Assembly (NCBI GenBank): GCA_032718475.1
Contig: JAUCBJ010006289.1
Span: forward strand, 15,675 to 79,674
Length of the DNA: 64,000 nt
Origin: Nemertoderma westbladi
Taxonomy: Eukaryota; Animalia; Xenacoelomorpha
Direction: 5' to 3'
Below the pieces are notes generated by a model. The model saw nothing but the letters and a program-made list of their open reading frames with translations. It searched no databases and had not been told where the DNA came from. Position numbers and translations under genes: made by a program. Positions 39,691 to 53,210 of this stretch are shown one piece after another; position 1 is the stretch's first letter, and every line of letters begins with the position of its first letter.

Positions 39691-40971
39691 GACAACACTA
39701 CTTTAACTGAATCACTATTCACAACCTGCAAAACTGTACATAATGGTTGATCAATGTATAAAGTAGGGGAGTTTGGAAGATTGATTTCCCATGCACTTTT
39801 ACTCAAGGCAACAATTTCTAGAATATTACTACCACTACTGCTACTATGTGTTACAAGTGGTTGGAGGTTAGTATTCTTATTTTGCAAAGCTGCATTTTTT
39901 TTACTTTCTACTACAGTATTATGTATCTTTTTCAAAGACGAACTTTTTGCAACATTTTTTGCTGGCTTTGCTTTCATTGATTGTTGGTATTTATATATTT
40001 CATCCCTTTCAGCATTAGAGAGTATTCGTGGTGATTTGGACAATAGATACTCATTTGAATTAGACATTTTCAAAATAACCTCTTCGATCGCATTTTGCTT
40101 CAAAATATGTAGTGGTAATTGTGAAGATAAAATTAGTTTGACAATAACATCGGTTGCAGATATACCTTCCTTCCATTGTTCACTTACTTTATCTGCAATT
40201 TTATTTTCCCTTTCAGTCCAGGTTGTCCCATAGCTGTCACCTTTTCCTACAGCTTCTTGCCGAAGAGTGATTTCTGCTTTTATCCTTAGGGACCACTCAA
40301 AGATTTGGGAATCAATCACATTTGGATTGAGTCTTTTGAATTTTTACTTCCATATATGAAGGAAACTGACCTTCAGGTATATGCATGTCAGATAGTGCAC
40401 TTACCCTGGAATTTGATACTAATACGAGCCCAGGTATATATGCATGCTCACGAACTGAAACTATATCCTTTTCGGGTGATGCACCCTGTCCTTTAAAAGC
40501 TGTCTGAGCATCAGCACCTTCTAAGGGATGTCCATATCTTATTTTTGGTACAGCCTTCTTTTTTGTTGTTTTTAGAGGCTGCCAGGTGACTGGAATTGGT
40601 ACAAAATCTTTCATTTCTGGGTGTCCTAATATATTTGGACCACCCATATTTGAATAATTGCTTACTCTTATGACCTGGTAATCTGGAAGTGCTGGAGGGT
40701 TCTGTGGCAATTTAAAGGTTGCTTTAAATTCCTCAGGTAAATCTGCAAGCATTTCAATAGTTGCTGTTTCTCCATTTATTAATATCAGATTACTTCTAAC
40801 AGGGAGTTGTTTAATTGGTGATGATTGAAGGTCAATGGGCTTTGTTGTCACCAGACCATTGAGTGCATTCTTAAGTATATTGTTTTTAATATTAAGTTCA
40901 TATGTGTTATCAAAATATAATGGACCTATATATTCATATATTCCCCCATTAAAAAGTCCAAGAGCAGAATT

Positions 40972-43900
40972 CTTCCAGTAATATAATAGCAGTAGAAATA
41001 ATTAATTAATAATACAGACAAATATTAGAAAACTATGTAATAATTAACAGATTAATAATGAAGTAACAGTTAGATGATAATAATGAAGTAACAGTTAGTT
41101 AGATGATAAGTACAGAGTAATTTTAAATAAAGGTCTAGTGCAAAAAATACGTTAAAATAAGCTAGATGTCTAGAAAGCTGGAAGTTAAAAGTAGAGTTTA
41201 AAATGAGATAAAAATAACTTAAAGTAGCGGGGGTCGTCTAAAAAAATAAAATAAAAAGATACTTAATTAAAAAGAAAAGAAAATTAAATTAAATTAAAAA
41301 TTAAATAAATAATTAAATACAAACAACACAATACTACTCAATAATGTCGTAGAGGCCCTCGGTAGTCGAGTCCATCATGCCCATTATGGAGGCGGCGTTC
41401 CCGATAAGGATGGCGATCAGGATACGCTGGAGGAGGAAGCGCTGAGACCTGGGCTCCATGGTTACGGCGTGGAGCTTCCGGCCAACCTCCTTGAGGAAAC
41501 TGGCGGTTTCGGGGCCGGGCTGTCCGAACGTTTCGAACGCCACCAGGTGGAATATGTAGCCCCTCCTAACCAGCCCCTCGTACTTCCCCGATTTCACAGC
41601 CTCTGTTTCCGCCGCCACACGACCCCCTCCGGCCTGACTGGAGGCGAGGTGGCTGGGCGCGAGCGGGTCCCAGACGGTAGCGTCCCAGGTGAGCAGGTGA
41701 CCACTATGCCACGGGATGGATGTCACACCATCTACCCATTTGTTGCTGCCATCCCTGCAGAGACCCGGTGGTTCCAGGAGAGACGGTACTCCGCAGCTGG
41801 CCAATAATCGCTTCACTATGTCATTGATCATAGTGTGTCTGGGATGCCGGCCAGCGCTTCTCTTACACAATAGACTGTGCAGACCATCCGCTTCAACTGG
41901 GTTAACGCAACGGGCGCAGCTGTGGGGTTCCATAACCTTGCATCCCAGCCTGGTAGCGATGGAGATCCGGAATTGTGAGTTATTAAGTTTCAGCCCGAGG
42001 GAGGAGGCTGGGACTGCGTCTAACCAGCAGCCCGCTACGCTGGAGCTTAACGAGTTCAGGCGGGCGATGTCGACTGGCGAGGACGACGAACAATGGAATC
42101 CTCGTAGATCGGCTGCATCCACGAACTCTGCATACTGGAGGAAGGCGATGGATCACTCGCAGGGACGTGGGTTCTCCACTGCTCCAGGGCTCGGGTAATC
42201 GACTGGTCAGCGACGGTCTCCCGCGGCGTGAAGAGGCGCCCCGCCAGATCGGCACTAGCAGCCGCGGAAGCCAGGAAGGCGGAGGGTGCGAGCTGCGTAG
42301 TGCTGGTCAGGCCGAGGCCGCCCACGCGGGCGGGGAGACACGCCTGCAACCAGGCTCGGTCGTCGATTCTCGTGTTTGCTACCTGTTGGAGGGTGTCTCT
42401 CACAGTCCAGTCGAACTCAGCGAGGAGGTCGGGTTTTGCAAAGCATGGCGTGGTGCGGAGGAAATATGTCAACCGAGGGATGGAGAAGGAATGTTTGAGA
42501 AGGTAGAAGGCGTGGTGGGCTTCTATGAGAGGGAGCCGCAATGTCAGCGTGGCTAGATCATCGACTTTACTGCGCAGACAGGACTGAATGGCTGCATCTC
42601 CTATCGGGGCACCCAACATCGTCAGTTCCCCTAAAGGGGGGGATCTATTCCTGCCACAAACCTCCTCGATAGCACTCAGGATGACCGAACGTGATTCCTC
42701 CGACTCAGGCCCGAGGAAGAACAGCTCGCACTTGGTGGGTTTCACCTCAAAGGCCGCACTTCGCTCCCTCTACAATGATGGTCCGGAGGTCGTTGTGGAC
42801 TACCCGGAAGTCATCGCCAAGGTTACCATCATCGAGGTACCAGTTGTTGAGCCTGAACTCCAGAGACTGTACTGCCGGGTTGATGGTGTCCCCGAAGAGT
42901 TTGGGCCCATCCGTGTCGCCCTGCTGGACGCCTTCGTCGGAGAGGAGGATGTTGTCTGACCCGCCGTTGATGAGGTAGCTGGACTCTCCGTACGCTACCA
43001 GAGTGTAGTTGTAAATGGCTGGGTAGCTCTGGAGGACTGTGTCTAGCATTGTGTCGCGGCGGATCGAGTTGAATGCATTGGCAAAGTCAACCTTTAGGAG
43101 GACAGTACCGGGATCATTTGGCGAGTCCACCATCCTTCTCGTTGCGTGGGCGGCTGCCTCCACACCACCCTTGGTCCCAATACCGAGCTGGACCGAGCCG
43201 TACGAGGTCATCCGCTCGCCCTTAACCAATGTCCCAGCGAACTTTGAGGTCAGTCGGCGCAGGGTCAACCCGACGGCGATGGGACGGATTCCTCCCGAAC
43301 TCTTCGAGAACGCGAAGAGGTTGGCACCAAAGAATATCGGCCGCACACAGAGAGGAACTTCACTGGCGACAACGACGTCTGTAAAGCGGCATAGACTGGC
43401 GACTAACCGCGTCGCCATTGGTTGGTCCGATGAGTTCCTTGAATATTTGAGGCCGAATACCGTCCGGCCCTCCCACGCTACCGCAGGGAAACGAGAGGAA
43501 CAGCTCGCGAACCACTCCCGGGGTGCAGGAGTTGGCAGTGGTCGGGATGGGTAGGGCCGGATCGCGTTTATCCACCGGACGACTGGGGTGTTTGAGCCGG
43601 AGCGAGTCGAGGGTCTCCTTCGTGTTTGGGGCTAAGGAGTCCTTGGAGGAGGCGATCCGAATGGCCCCTTTGATGTCGCTGTCCTCGATCTTCTCCGCGA
43701 CGGCGGTGGCGAGTCGGGATATGTCGTCCTGTGTCTGTTTAGCACCACGAGCAGGTGGGTGTGGCTGGATGAGCAATGGGTCCAAAGGATCGTTGCGAAA
43801 GGTCTGGATCCTCCGGTTGACCTCTGGTGGCGCTTTCCACCCCGGGGCGGGGATGCATTTGTGTCCGACCTGGAGCAACTGGACCCAAACTCCGACATCT

Positions 43901-45144
43901 GATGGGTTGGTGACGATGGAGGAAAGAGTGTCCGAAAGAAGCTCGGCGAGGTTGTTTCTCGCGCCCTTCGGGAATTGTCTGAGTTGCTTGGAGCGACAAC
44001 CGAGCAACTGTTCGAGCACCTCCATCGGATCGGTGATGTTAGTAGCCGATGAGACGGGCTGCTGACTGGAGGGGGCGGGCGTGGGGTAGCTGGTCGATGT
44101 ACTGAGGAACGGTTTCTGTCCCCCACCAGGGCACCTCAACCGATCAGCCTTGAACGGCCCATGAACTCGGAGGAGGCCATTCGAGTTCACCAAAACTTGC
44201 TTCCGGCATTCGGGACATAGTGGGAAGGACACCCCAGGCCCCGACATGGACGCGTCTACAGTGCTGGGTGTAGCGGAGGTGTCTGAGACTCGCGCAGGGT
44301 CACCCTGCGGAAGTTGGATAGGGTGAGGGGTGACTGGTAGGCATTTCGCGAGCGACTTAATATCCTGGAGGAGGAGTTCCCGGAATGGTTGGATGGTCAA
44401 GTCGTTGATGCACCGGGTAGATCCGCCCTCGATACACGCCTTGGCGAAGCAGCAGAGGTAAACTCCACATTGGTGCGAGTTCAATTGCCGCTTTATCAGG
44501 GGAGGGTCGATTGAAATGTTGGGGGCAGGGACGTTAAGCCTCTCAGCCTCCCGGGACGCCCACTCGACGATGGATCCGGTGACGGAGGTATTGGTGCCCC
44601 CCAATGAGTCGAAGTAGCAAAGGCGAGCCTTCTTAGGGTGGAGGACCGCCAGGACCCAGTGGTTGCCGTTGAGGTTGACGGGGAAAACGATCGTATCGAG
44701 CGCGAATATGTCGCAGTTCCGCGTCCAGCCTTTAACCGAATTGTATCCATGTTTAGGAGACATGTAGAGGTCATAGAAATGATGGTTGAAGACCTTTACA
44801 TTCTCGTTAGCACTGGCGAGAGAGCAGAGGATGGTGTGGATTAAGTTGTCCATTAACCACGACTCCCCCCTGAGAGAGTCTATATCCCTCTTGTAGAGGG
44901 AAATGCCGGCCAGTTCAAAGACATCTTCGGCCAGATGAGGGGGGTCCTTGTTCAGGATGCTTTCTGATAGGATGATAACGCTGTCTTCGGAACTCATCTG
45001 GAGTAGGTAGAACGGCAATAAGATTAAAAATAAATTAAAACAATATGACAGTATCACAGTATGATTATTGATATGTTTACAAAGCCTTTTAGTCACTGCA
45101 GTACTGGTCGTATCGGTACAGTGCCAACTGCAACTACAACTTTA
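40972..45144 (-). mobile_element. CRE-like non-LTR retrotransposon (Ulp1-Zn finger-RT-RLE), near full length, 7-bp TSD
   Basis: TSD CAGAATT at 40965-40971 and 45145-45151. RT motifs RPIAVG, QLGIG, KVDFANAFN, GVQQGD, YLDDG. RLE motifs C..RH, EPPGL, WDAT, E..K..KY. Three frameshifts. Confidence 0.9.
44370..44997 (-). CDS. Ulp1/SENP (peptidase C48) domain at the N-terminus of the CRE-like ORF
   Basis: SLRGESWLMDNLI, VKGWT..DIF, NHWVL (His), YFDSLG (Asp), QLNSHQCGVY (Gln, Cys); in frame with the Zn finger and the pre-RT region; likely ATG at 44997. Confidence 0.9.
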
Positions 45145-45987
45145 CAGAATTTATATTTTGTAAAAGCATAACTCGTATTCCAGGAATTAAATATAATTTC
45201 GCACCCATACCACCAAAATCTTTAGCACTCAAGGAACTTAAAAGATTTGATTGCTCTGCTGGCTGGTGAAATGAATGTGTCCAATGACCCAATGAATCCA
45301 ATGACATATTGGATTGCCAGTATTATTACGGAAATGTAACAGCGCTTTTGCATTAGCAGACTCCACAGTTTTTCTGTCAGGCGCATTCTCTTGCGCATAA
45401 TGATAACCTAGGACAGTATGTGCATTTTGCCAGGCAAGATCATTCTTCACATCAATTGCACTTGCAGTATATTTTTTTTTAAAATCAACATGTTCCTGAG
45501 TATAATTACCAAATTGCATTTCTCTTAGTATTTTTGAAACAAAGTGATGGGAAATAGGTTCATCAGTTGAACTCTTTACTTCATCAAGAAATACTGCTTC
45601 AAAATCTCCAAATAAATAGTGTAGAGAACATTGCTATAGCCTCCAATTCATCAGTTGTACGAGGAACCCTGGCATTTTTGGCTGCACATTTTTGCCATAT
45701 TTTGTATCCAGGGATTGTAGAAAGAGGAGGCATTCTAAACAATTGGCGAAATGTATCAATACCATTGACTGAAAGAGCACCAATATCCCTACCTTCCTTG
45801 GTATGTGTATGTATACTCCATATTGGTAGATCTCCTATTGGTAGAAGTTGGGCTGGATCACCCACAAAGACAATTCCTATACGTTCTAAATCTACTTTAA
45901 CGTCCTTCAACCTATCAAAAACTGCTTGGAAAAGAGATCTGCCAAACATGGTGAATTCATATGTGACAATAAGCATTAGATCTTCTC

Positions 45988-48950
45988 AAGTTTCAAGTTT
46001 ATTATATTTCATTCTCCTACTGCATAGTACATAGATACTTTAACAAACAAGAACCATAATAAAAATAAATCAACATAAAGCCCCACCCTTGCTGATAGCA
46101 GAGCTAGTGCTGCGAGGGTGGACACTTTTTACAGTAGGGGGGGGGGGGGGGGGGGGGGGGGGCGTGCTATTTGCTTATAATTTTGAATAATTTAGAAATA
46201 TATTGTAAAACTTAAATCTTAAGTAACCATCTATTTTTACCTCGGGTATTAAAGAGCAAGAGACAATATTAAAGAAAGAAAATAAAAATTGTTGAAACAA
46301 ACAGAGAATAACCATTACAAGAAAAGAAAGTGGTGGAAGATGGAAATATAAGAACGAACAGTAGGTATAAAAAATGTGACTAAGAGGATATTCAAATGTT
46401 TATTAGGAAAATATTTTAGACCGAGCTGTTATCATTGTAATAAATTGGAAAAAATTGACCTTTTTAGAGCAGATGAAAATTTGTTTTTTGATTTTTTTGA
46501 ACGAATGTCGAGTGGCACCGAGTTCCAAATGACAGGACCTCGAAAACTCAGGGATCGTCGAAGAAGGACATATAGTTTCGGAGTTAATATCGTACATGAA
46601 TTTTGCGACGGAGTGTTCGTATAGTTTGTTAATGGGTAGTATATTCAGTTTTTTGTAAAGCGGCAAAGAAGATGATCGATAGTGGGAAAATGTTATACAA
46701 CGTAAGAGTTTATTAACTTTGATTCGTAAAGGTTTAAGTATTGTTGAATATGTATTACCCCACAAGATAATTCCGTAGTTAATGTATGGATGTACTAAAG
46801 AAAAGTATAAGGTTTTAAGAATATTTAGAGGAAATACATAGCGCAGTTTGTAAAAAATTCCGGAAGATTTAGATATTTTTTTCAGAATATAATGTGTGTT
46901 TTCCAGGTTAGTTTTGAATCGACCCATATCCCCAGTAATTTAGTGCTATCGGTTAAATTTATTTGGGTGTTATCTATTTTTATTTGTGGTACAGAATTGG
47001 AGGTCATTAGGGTACTGTTTGTAAAAATGGTATATTCAGTTTTTTTTAAATTTAGTAAAAGTTTGTTATCAGTTAACCAGTTATTTAGTTTTGAAAGTTC
47101 ATTGTTCGTGCTGTTGAGTAGGTAGTGAATGTTCCGTTCCTGTTAAGTGAATGTTAGAATGTGAGTTTAACAGAGTTGTATCGTCAGCAAAGAGTGTCGA
47201 AAGTAACTTTGTAACATTCGGTAGGTCGTTGATAAAAATAAGAAAGAGAGTCGGGGACAGGACCGAACCTTGGGGGACACCGCAAGACAGTGGTAGGAGG
47301 GAAGAGTTCTGACCATCTATTGTAACAAATTGATAGCGGTCGGTTAAAAAATTTTTAAAAAGATTTAATGGGGTGCCTCTGACACCATAGGCCTCCAGCT
47401 TCTTTAGTAGTATACTGTGGTCCACGGTGTCAAAGGCTTTTTTCATATCTATATAGACAGCGCAAGTATGAAAGTGAGAGTCAAACATGGAGTGGATCTG
47501 TTCAGTTATAGAGAGAAGTGCATGAGCAGTAGAAATTTTTGGTCGGAATCCATATTGTGATAGAGTGATTATATTGTATTTGTTTAAGTAAGATTGTAGT
47601 TGTTCATTCAATATTTGTTCTAGAATTTTGCTAAAGATTGGAAGAAGGGAAATAGGACGGTAATTGTTAGGATCGTACGGGTCGTCAGATTTGTAAACCG
47701 GGATGACTTTGGCAGTTTTTAAAGAGTCTGGAAAAAAGCCATGCGAAATTGAAAGGTTAAATAGAGAGCATAAATGGTGGGAGAGAGGTTCGGCGGCAAG
47801 TCTAATGAGTGAAGGGGGAAATGGATCGTTAGTACTGCAATTTAGCTTAAGTTGAAGAATTTTATATTGTACCTCAAGAGGAGATGTTTCGGCCAGAGAG
47901 AAAGAATTAGGTCGGGTATGGGATAAATGGCGGAGTGGGGACGATCTAGGTCGTGTTGGTAAAGTACTTTGCAGTTTGGGTCCTACAGTAGCAAAATGTT
48001 TATTAAACGTTTCGGCAATTTCTTTAGGGTTGGAAATAATTTTGGAATGGATATTTGTTTTAATGATTAGTTTCTTTGGGGATAATTTCGCTGAAGATTT
48101 ATGAAGTACGGAGTTAATAACAGTCCATGTTTTACGGATGTTGTTGGAATTTTGTTCAAATTGCTTAGAGTAATATTTTTTTTCAGCAGCCCTAAGTGTA
48201 GATGTTAAACGATTACGGTAAGAATTGAACAGCAAGCGGTTAGTTTCAGTTTTATTTTTTATGTATTTACGGTACAGTTTTTCTTTAGTTCGTATAGATT
48301 TAAGCAAATTCTCAGTTATCCATGGGTTGTTGGGACGTGTTTTATGAGTATAAGTTTTCAATGGCAAGTGATTGGTACAAATTTTTATGAGGTCCTTATA
48401 AAAATGTTCAAATTTTAGCTGAATGGGAATATAATTGTCAGTGTAACTCCAGTAATCGTTGGTTTTAATATCCTGTAAAAAATCTTTTTCGTTGAATTTT
48501 GAAAAGTCGAAGCTCGTGTAATTCTTAGGTTTATTAAAGATGCAGTTGAATTTTTTCAGAACAATGAAAGTTGCACGGTGGTCGCAATTCCCGATTTTAC
48601 AGTTAAAGGTTCCAGCGTTTGAGACAGAAGTAGTAATGTTTGTGATAATGTGGTCAAGTAATGTTTCGGAATTACGTTTTGGGTCGATTCGAGTAGGGTG
48701 GTTGAGTATTTGTAAGAATCCGTAAGAGTTGAGTAAATTAATGTATTCTTTCTGGGTATTATTGTTGTTAGTTTTCAGTAAGTCAATGTTGATATCTCCA
48801 GTAATAATAGTGTCACAGTTATTATTAGTAAGTTTAGTAAGATTAGTATTAAGTAACGTATTGAAGTCGGTCGGTTTAATCGCGTCAGTGCGGTAGATAG
48901 TGCCTATGATAAGAGATTTAGTACCAGGTCTAGCAATTCTAATCCATGAG
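45988..48950 (-). mobile_element. 5'-truncated L2/CR1-group LINE (APE-RT) inserted in the Helitron helicase
   Basis: ORF 47099-48958 with GTIYR, GDINID, DH, YRPISLL, DMKKAFD, GVPQGS, FADD; tail aataaacttgaaacttga; TTCTC repeated at 45983-45987 and 48951-48955. Confidence 0.92.
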
Positions 48951-49821
48951 TTCTCCAAGGGAAAGACACAATTCAGCTAGTTTGTCAGATGTCTCAGCTA
49001 AAGGTTTCCCAACTTCACCAACTCGAATAGCAAACAATTTATGAATAATCTGTGACCCATTACCCATTTGAAAAGATGCAGCTCCAGTTGGAGCACCCAA
49101 TTTAACATTTTGATGCCATTCTTCACCTAATATATATGTTAATAACCCAATTGTATATTTCATGGTATGGGATTTATCAGTTCCTGGGTATCCAGAAATA
49201 AAAAGTCTTAGTGGTTTAGGTTTTTCACAATTACCAATTCGATAATTTAACTGTTCTTTCACAAATGTGGATATAATATTAGGAATAAGGCGCTGTTTAT
49301 TGCCTAACAATGATTTAACAGTATCATTGCTGCCCCGAACAGTCTTCATATATTCAAAGCGTGCTTTAACTTTGTTCTATATGTTTCCCTTTAGTCCACA
49401 TTTGCATAAAATCAACTTTTTCTGGATTTGCATATTGTTGTAAGTTATCTGTTACTTGATCTATTTGAAGTTCCTGAGGATCTGTAAGATCTGATCTTAT
49501 TTTGTCTGTAATATTTTGATAAAAATAATCTTCCACATCGTGCGCAGTTGTTCTTTCTTTAAACTCATCATCAATATCATGGTTGAGTTCTTTAATAGGC
49601 TGTTGTTCTCTTTCAATGTCATCAATGCCAGAATTACCTTCTGCTCCAGTCGAATCTGAATCAGAGCTGCATTCAGATGTATTAGGATGATGATATTTTT
49701 TATAAAATTTATAAAGGTATGTTGGTAAATCTTTTCAATTTGGAAATGTCTCATTAAACATTGTGACCCAATATTTTTCCTTTTCTGCCTGTTGTTCTGG
49801 TCCAAAAAATGTGTAATCCTC

Positions 49822-52800
49822 TTATATTTTATGAACCTTTTTGCAGTACATAACAACCAACCGACAAAATTGCCAATAAAATTTACCATTCGGATTTGCT
49901 TGTGCTAATGTCACTGTTGGCATTAGGCTTATTGTTTTAAGTCTATCTTTGCATTGCAATTGTCGGTTATGTATACATAAAGAAAATTGTTGTTTGCTTA
50001 CCTTGTCAAACTTTTCATTACATGAAAATAAATCATAAAATTGATATGGTGACATTTCACTCTTAATTGTTCCCAGAGATATACCTCTTGGCAAGGAAGA
50101 CTCATCAAGAGAGTGCCTTTTGTCAAATCGTTTTAGTGTATTTGTTGCATAATCATCTCCAATATCATCTATATCTTTGACTTTACGGAGAATAAATGTG
50201 CCGGAAACATTAACGCCAGTATTGTCCATATTTTTTATTATAAAAGGCAAACCACCAATAAACTGATGCGCTTGAAAAATACAAGTAGTTCCCTCTAGGG
50301 CAAGTGTGTTATACAAGTGTGGTAGTGGTCCTTTGAACGCATATTTAAGCTGATATTCGTCCAAACCATCACCAGCTTCTGCATAAAAATTTACGCTTGG
50401 CTTGGAAAGTGCATCATCATCATTATTGTCCCAACAAAGTGTTGGTGGTTTTATCAGCTGTGAAGGGACAATTGCTTTGTCATCACAATTTCCCTGAAAA
50501 TGCATAACTGCAAATGGATCAGCTCCATTAAACCATTTATCATTACTTTCGAATGATAAATGGGTGATATCTTTTTTATGAGGATCTCTATATATAGCTG
50601 GCTCTAAGAATAATGGTTGAGGTTTTCGCCTCTTGCATCTAAAAACATCCTTTTTGACTTTGGCCACTCTTCGTTTGGAACCAGACTTGGAAGCTTCTGA
50701 TTGCGCTTGCTTAGTTGCTTCCTTATCAATTCGTTTTGTTAATGTGGCACAAAAATCTTTTTTAGATGGAAGATTATTTTTACCTGTATGTGATAAGTGA
50801 CGACCTGTTCCATTACTAATTGTCACATATGGATGATCTAATTTTTGAAAATTTCCTGTAGTTAGACATTCATCAATTGTGGAAGCCATATGTATTCCTG
50901 CTACAGTACTTCGTCTATCATAGCTAATATCATATGTACTCTCCCCATCTTGTAATATACCATCATTATCAAGATGAGGTTTTATAAAACCTGCATTCCA
51001 GTTGACATACATTCCAGACATGGCCGCTATATATTTCTCTCTTAAGATCTCCCAACCTTTATTTACTGCATCTGTAACTGATGCTCTAATTGTTTCTTTC
51101 TCTGGAGTGATTTTCATCGAATTATGATCTTGTGTTGTTTTTTTGGCTATTTGTTCTATATCTAATAATCCTTCATGTATAAGTTTACTTATACACTTAC
51201 TCCATAAAATTTTGTGCCAGTGTGGATTGCAATTTGCTCCATGTTCACCACGGCATGAATAATAGTCAGCAGAATACCTAATTTGAGAAAAATACATTGT
51301 ATCTAGTTCTGCCTTCAAACTACTTAATACTGAAATTATATGGGGATTAATCAATGTATTGAGAAAAGATCAATTGAAAGAAGTACTGATTGCTTGCATT
51401 TCCCCCAGTATTTGTTTCAAATTCTGCAATACCTGGCATAAGTCGATGTGCTGCAGGATCATGATTATATGGGAATGAATGCCCTTGTCTGGAATATTGT
51501 TGGAAGAATTTGATATGTTTTGTCTGGCCTACAGCTTTGAACATCTTCCAAATACCTTTTTGAACCGAGAGCATCACTTTTCTGCTTTTTCCAGAAAGCT
51601 CTAGAGTCTGGAATATTACTTTTAAATTGCAAAAGTTCATTTGCAACCGTTTGACGAGTTAGTGGCATATTTAAAAGATCATTTCTAGTTGGCAATATAT
51701 TATCTTTCCCTAAATTACGAAAAGCCAATGAAGCATTTAGTTTGCCTTTACCCCTTTTATCTTTGTTATAAAAATGAAATGCAAGTTCCTCACATTGTGC
51801 AGCACGTGGGTTCTTAAAAAGCCAATGTTCATAAGTTTTCTCCCAGGTAGATTTTGGAAATTTTATATCTCTCCTTCTATCCTGAAATGCACACCCATCT
51901 CCACTTAGGAATACAAATGGAAAGGCTCGTGGAAGATATCCTGGTGTATTTTCAGGTATGGGAGATGATTTATCAACACCTGGAAACTCTAACCTTTGTA
52001 AAATGGTACTTTGGACAGTTTCAGCTATTATCTCATCAGGTCGTTCACTGACATATCGTTGTTGATTACCATGACCATTCTCTAACTGAGATTGCAATAA
52101 TTCCATATTCGCATTAGAAAATGTACACCAGTTATTAGCACATGTGCTCTCCTTACAATATAAGTAATATGGCCTTTTGAAACCTGTTGCAGGACGTACC
52201 ATATCCCTTTCCATAAAATGTTTTGCCCTTTTTATTTTATCCGTATTTACGGTAGCCTCATGAATGACTTTGCCATCTGTTTTTGACACCATGACAACAA
52301 ATGGCATACTAGAAAAGTCCCACCATAGCAAATTTTTAGCTTGTAATGGTTGCTTTAAGTTGTAACAAATTGAACCATGTTTTGTGAATGGTATATTGTT
52401 ATTTTTGTTACGATAAATATGAACTGATAATGTTGGTGACAATACCATACGTTCAGCCTTTGTTAATGTATCCACAAAAGCTTCATATTCCACATCTCCA
52501 AATACATCTAAAGACATTAGATTAGCAGATGAATATGGATTTAAATCAATTAAATTAGTATTCCGCTCCTCCATGTTGTCACTAAAATTACTATTTGGTG
52601 GTGTATTATCTGCCTCTGGTGGTTTTGAATATTTTGGGATTACACTACTATCTACTACATTATAAAATGACTCACAGTTTGTACAGATGCCATCAACCTT
52701 TCTATCACTTGAAACATAAACATTAGAGTCAGTGACCTTGTCTGAAAGTGTTATACAATATTCACTTATTTATGACTTGTGATTTTTGAAGGATTTCAAG

Positions 52801-53020
52801 TAAATTAGTATCTTCAAGTTTTACATTATTTTTTAATTCTGGAACTACTAGACTATTTAAATCCTTATCAAATCCTGGAGTCTGTCTACCACAAGCAATA
52901 CAGTGTAAAAGTTTTAAGTTATCATAGACAGCATGCATATTTCTCAGACCAATCAAACTTGTTATTTCCAAGTTTGCAGTGAAATCTTCTGAGGAACTGT
53001 TTGAAGGATTCTCAAGCCAC
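49822..53020 (-). pseudogene. Helitron N-terminal region and HUH Rep domain
   Basis: CxxC fingers, LTKAERMVLSP..HGSIC, YLPRAFPFVFLSGDG, NIPDSRAFW, HUH motif YYSCRGEHGANCNPHWHKILW, Y2 motif EYQLKYAFKG. Confidence 0.75.
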
Positions 53021-53210
53021 TGATCCGCTGATCCGCAGAACATCATTGATTGATGTGGCCGCCTTTGAATGTTCATTCACATTCACCACCCTCTTATTTC
53101 CTTTTTTCACTATGACTTTCTTGGCACCAGGATTATCAGTTAAGTTTGTTTCGTCACAGTTAAAAAGATTAGAAGGTTGAATATTCACAACAGCGTCTTA
53201 ATTATTGAAC
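53021..53210 (-). pseudogene. pogo-like transposase fragment (first catalytic Asp)
   Basis: Minus strand LFNCDETNLTDNPGAKKVIVKKG...MFCGSAD. Confidence 0.7.

Larger units (their letters stand above)
40312..49349 (-). pseudogene. PIF1-family SF1 helicase domain in three pieces (49349-48951, 45987-45145, 40971-40312)
   Basis: FISGYPGTDKS, APTGAAS, IHKLF, LIVTYEFTM (Walker B D changed to Y), FVGDPAQLLPI, LIPGIRVMLLQNI|NSALGLFNG, TAFKGQG, VSNSRV. Confidence 0.85.
38619..53020 (-). mobile_element. Decayed autonomous Helitron-like element (Rep-PIF1 helicase-USP), 5'-truncated, with two nested LINEs
   Basis: Collinear minus-strand Rep, helicase and USP motifs; hairpin-C(T/A)AG terminus ~140 bp after the last stop. 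Confidence 0.85.

Noticed and set aside
41469-44844. Plus-strand and alternative-frame ORFs over the CRE element
   Set aside because: Antisense shadows of GC-rich coding sequence
52762-53076. 104-aa ORF as a single protein
   Set aside because: Chimeric: the first ~18 aa are pogo transposase (MFCGSAD) and the rest is Helitron N-terminal region
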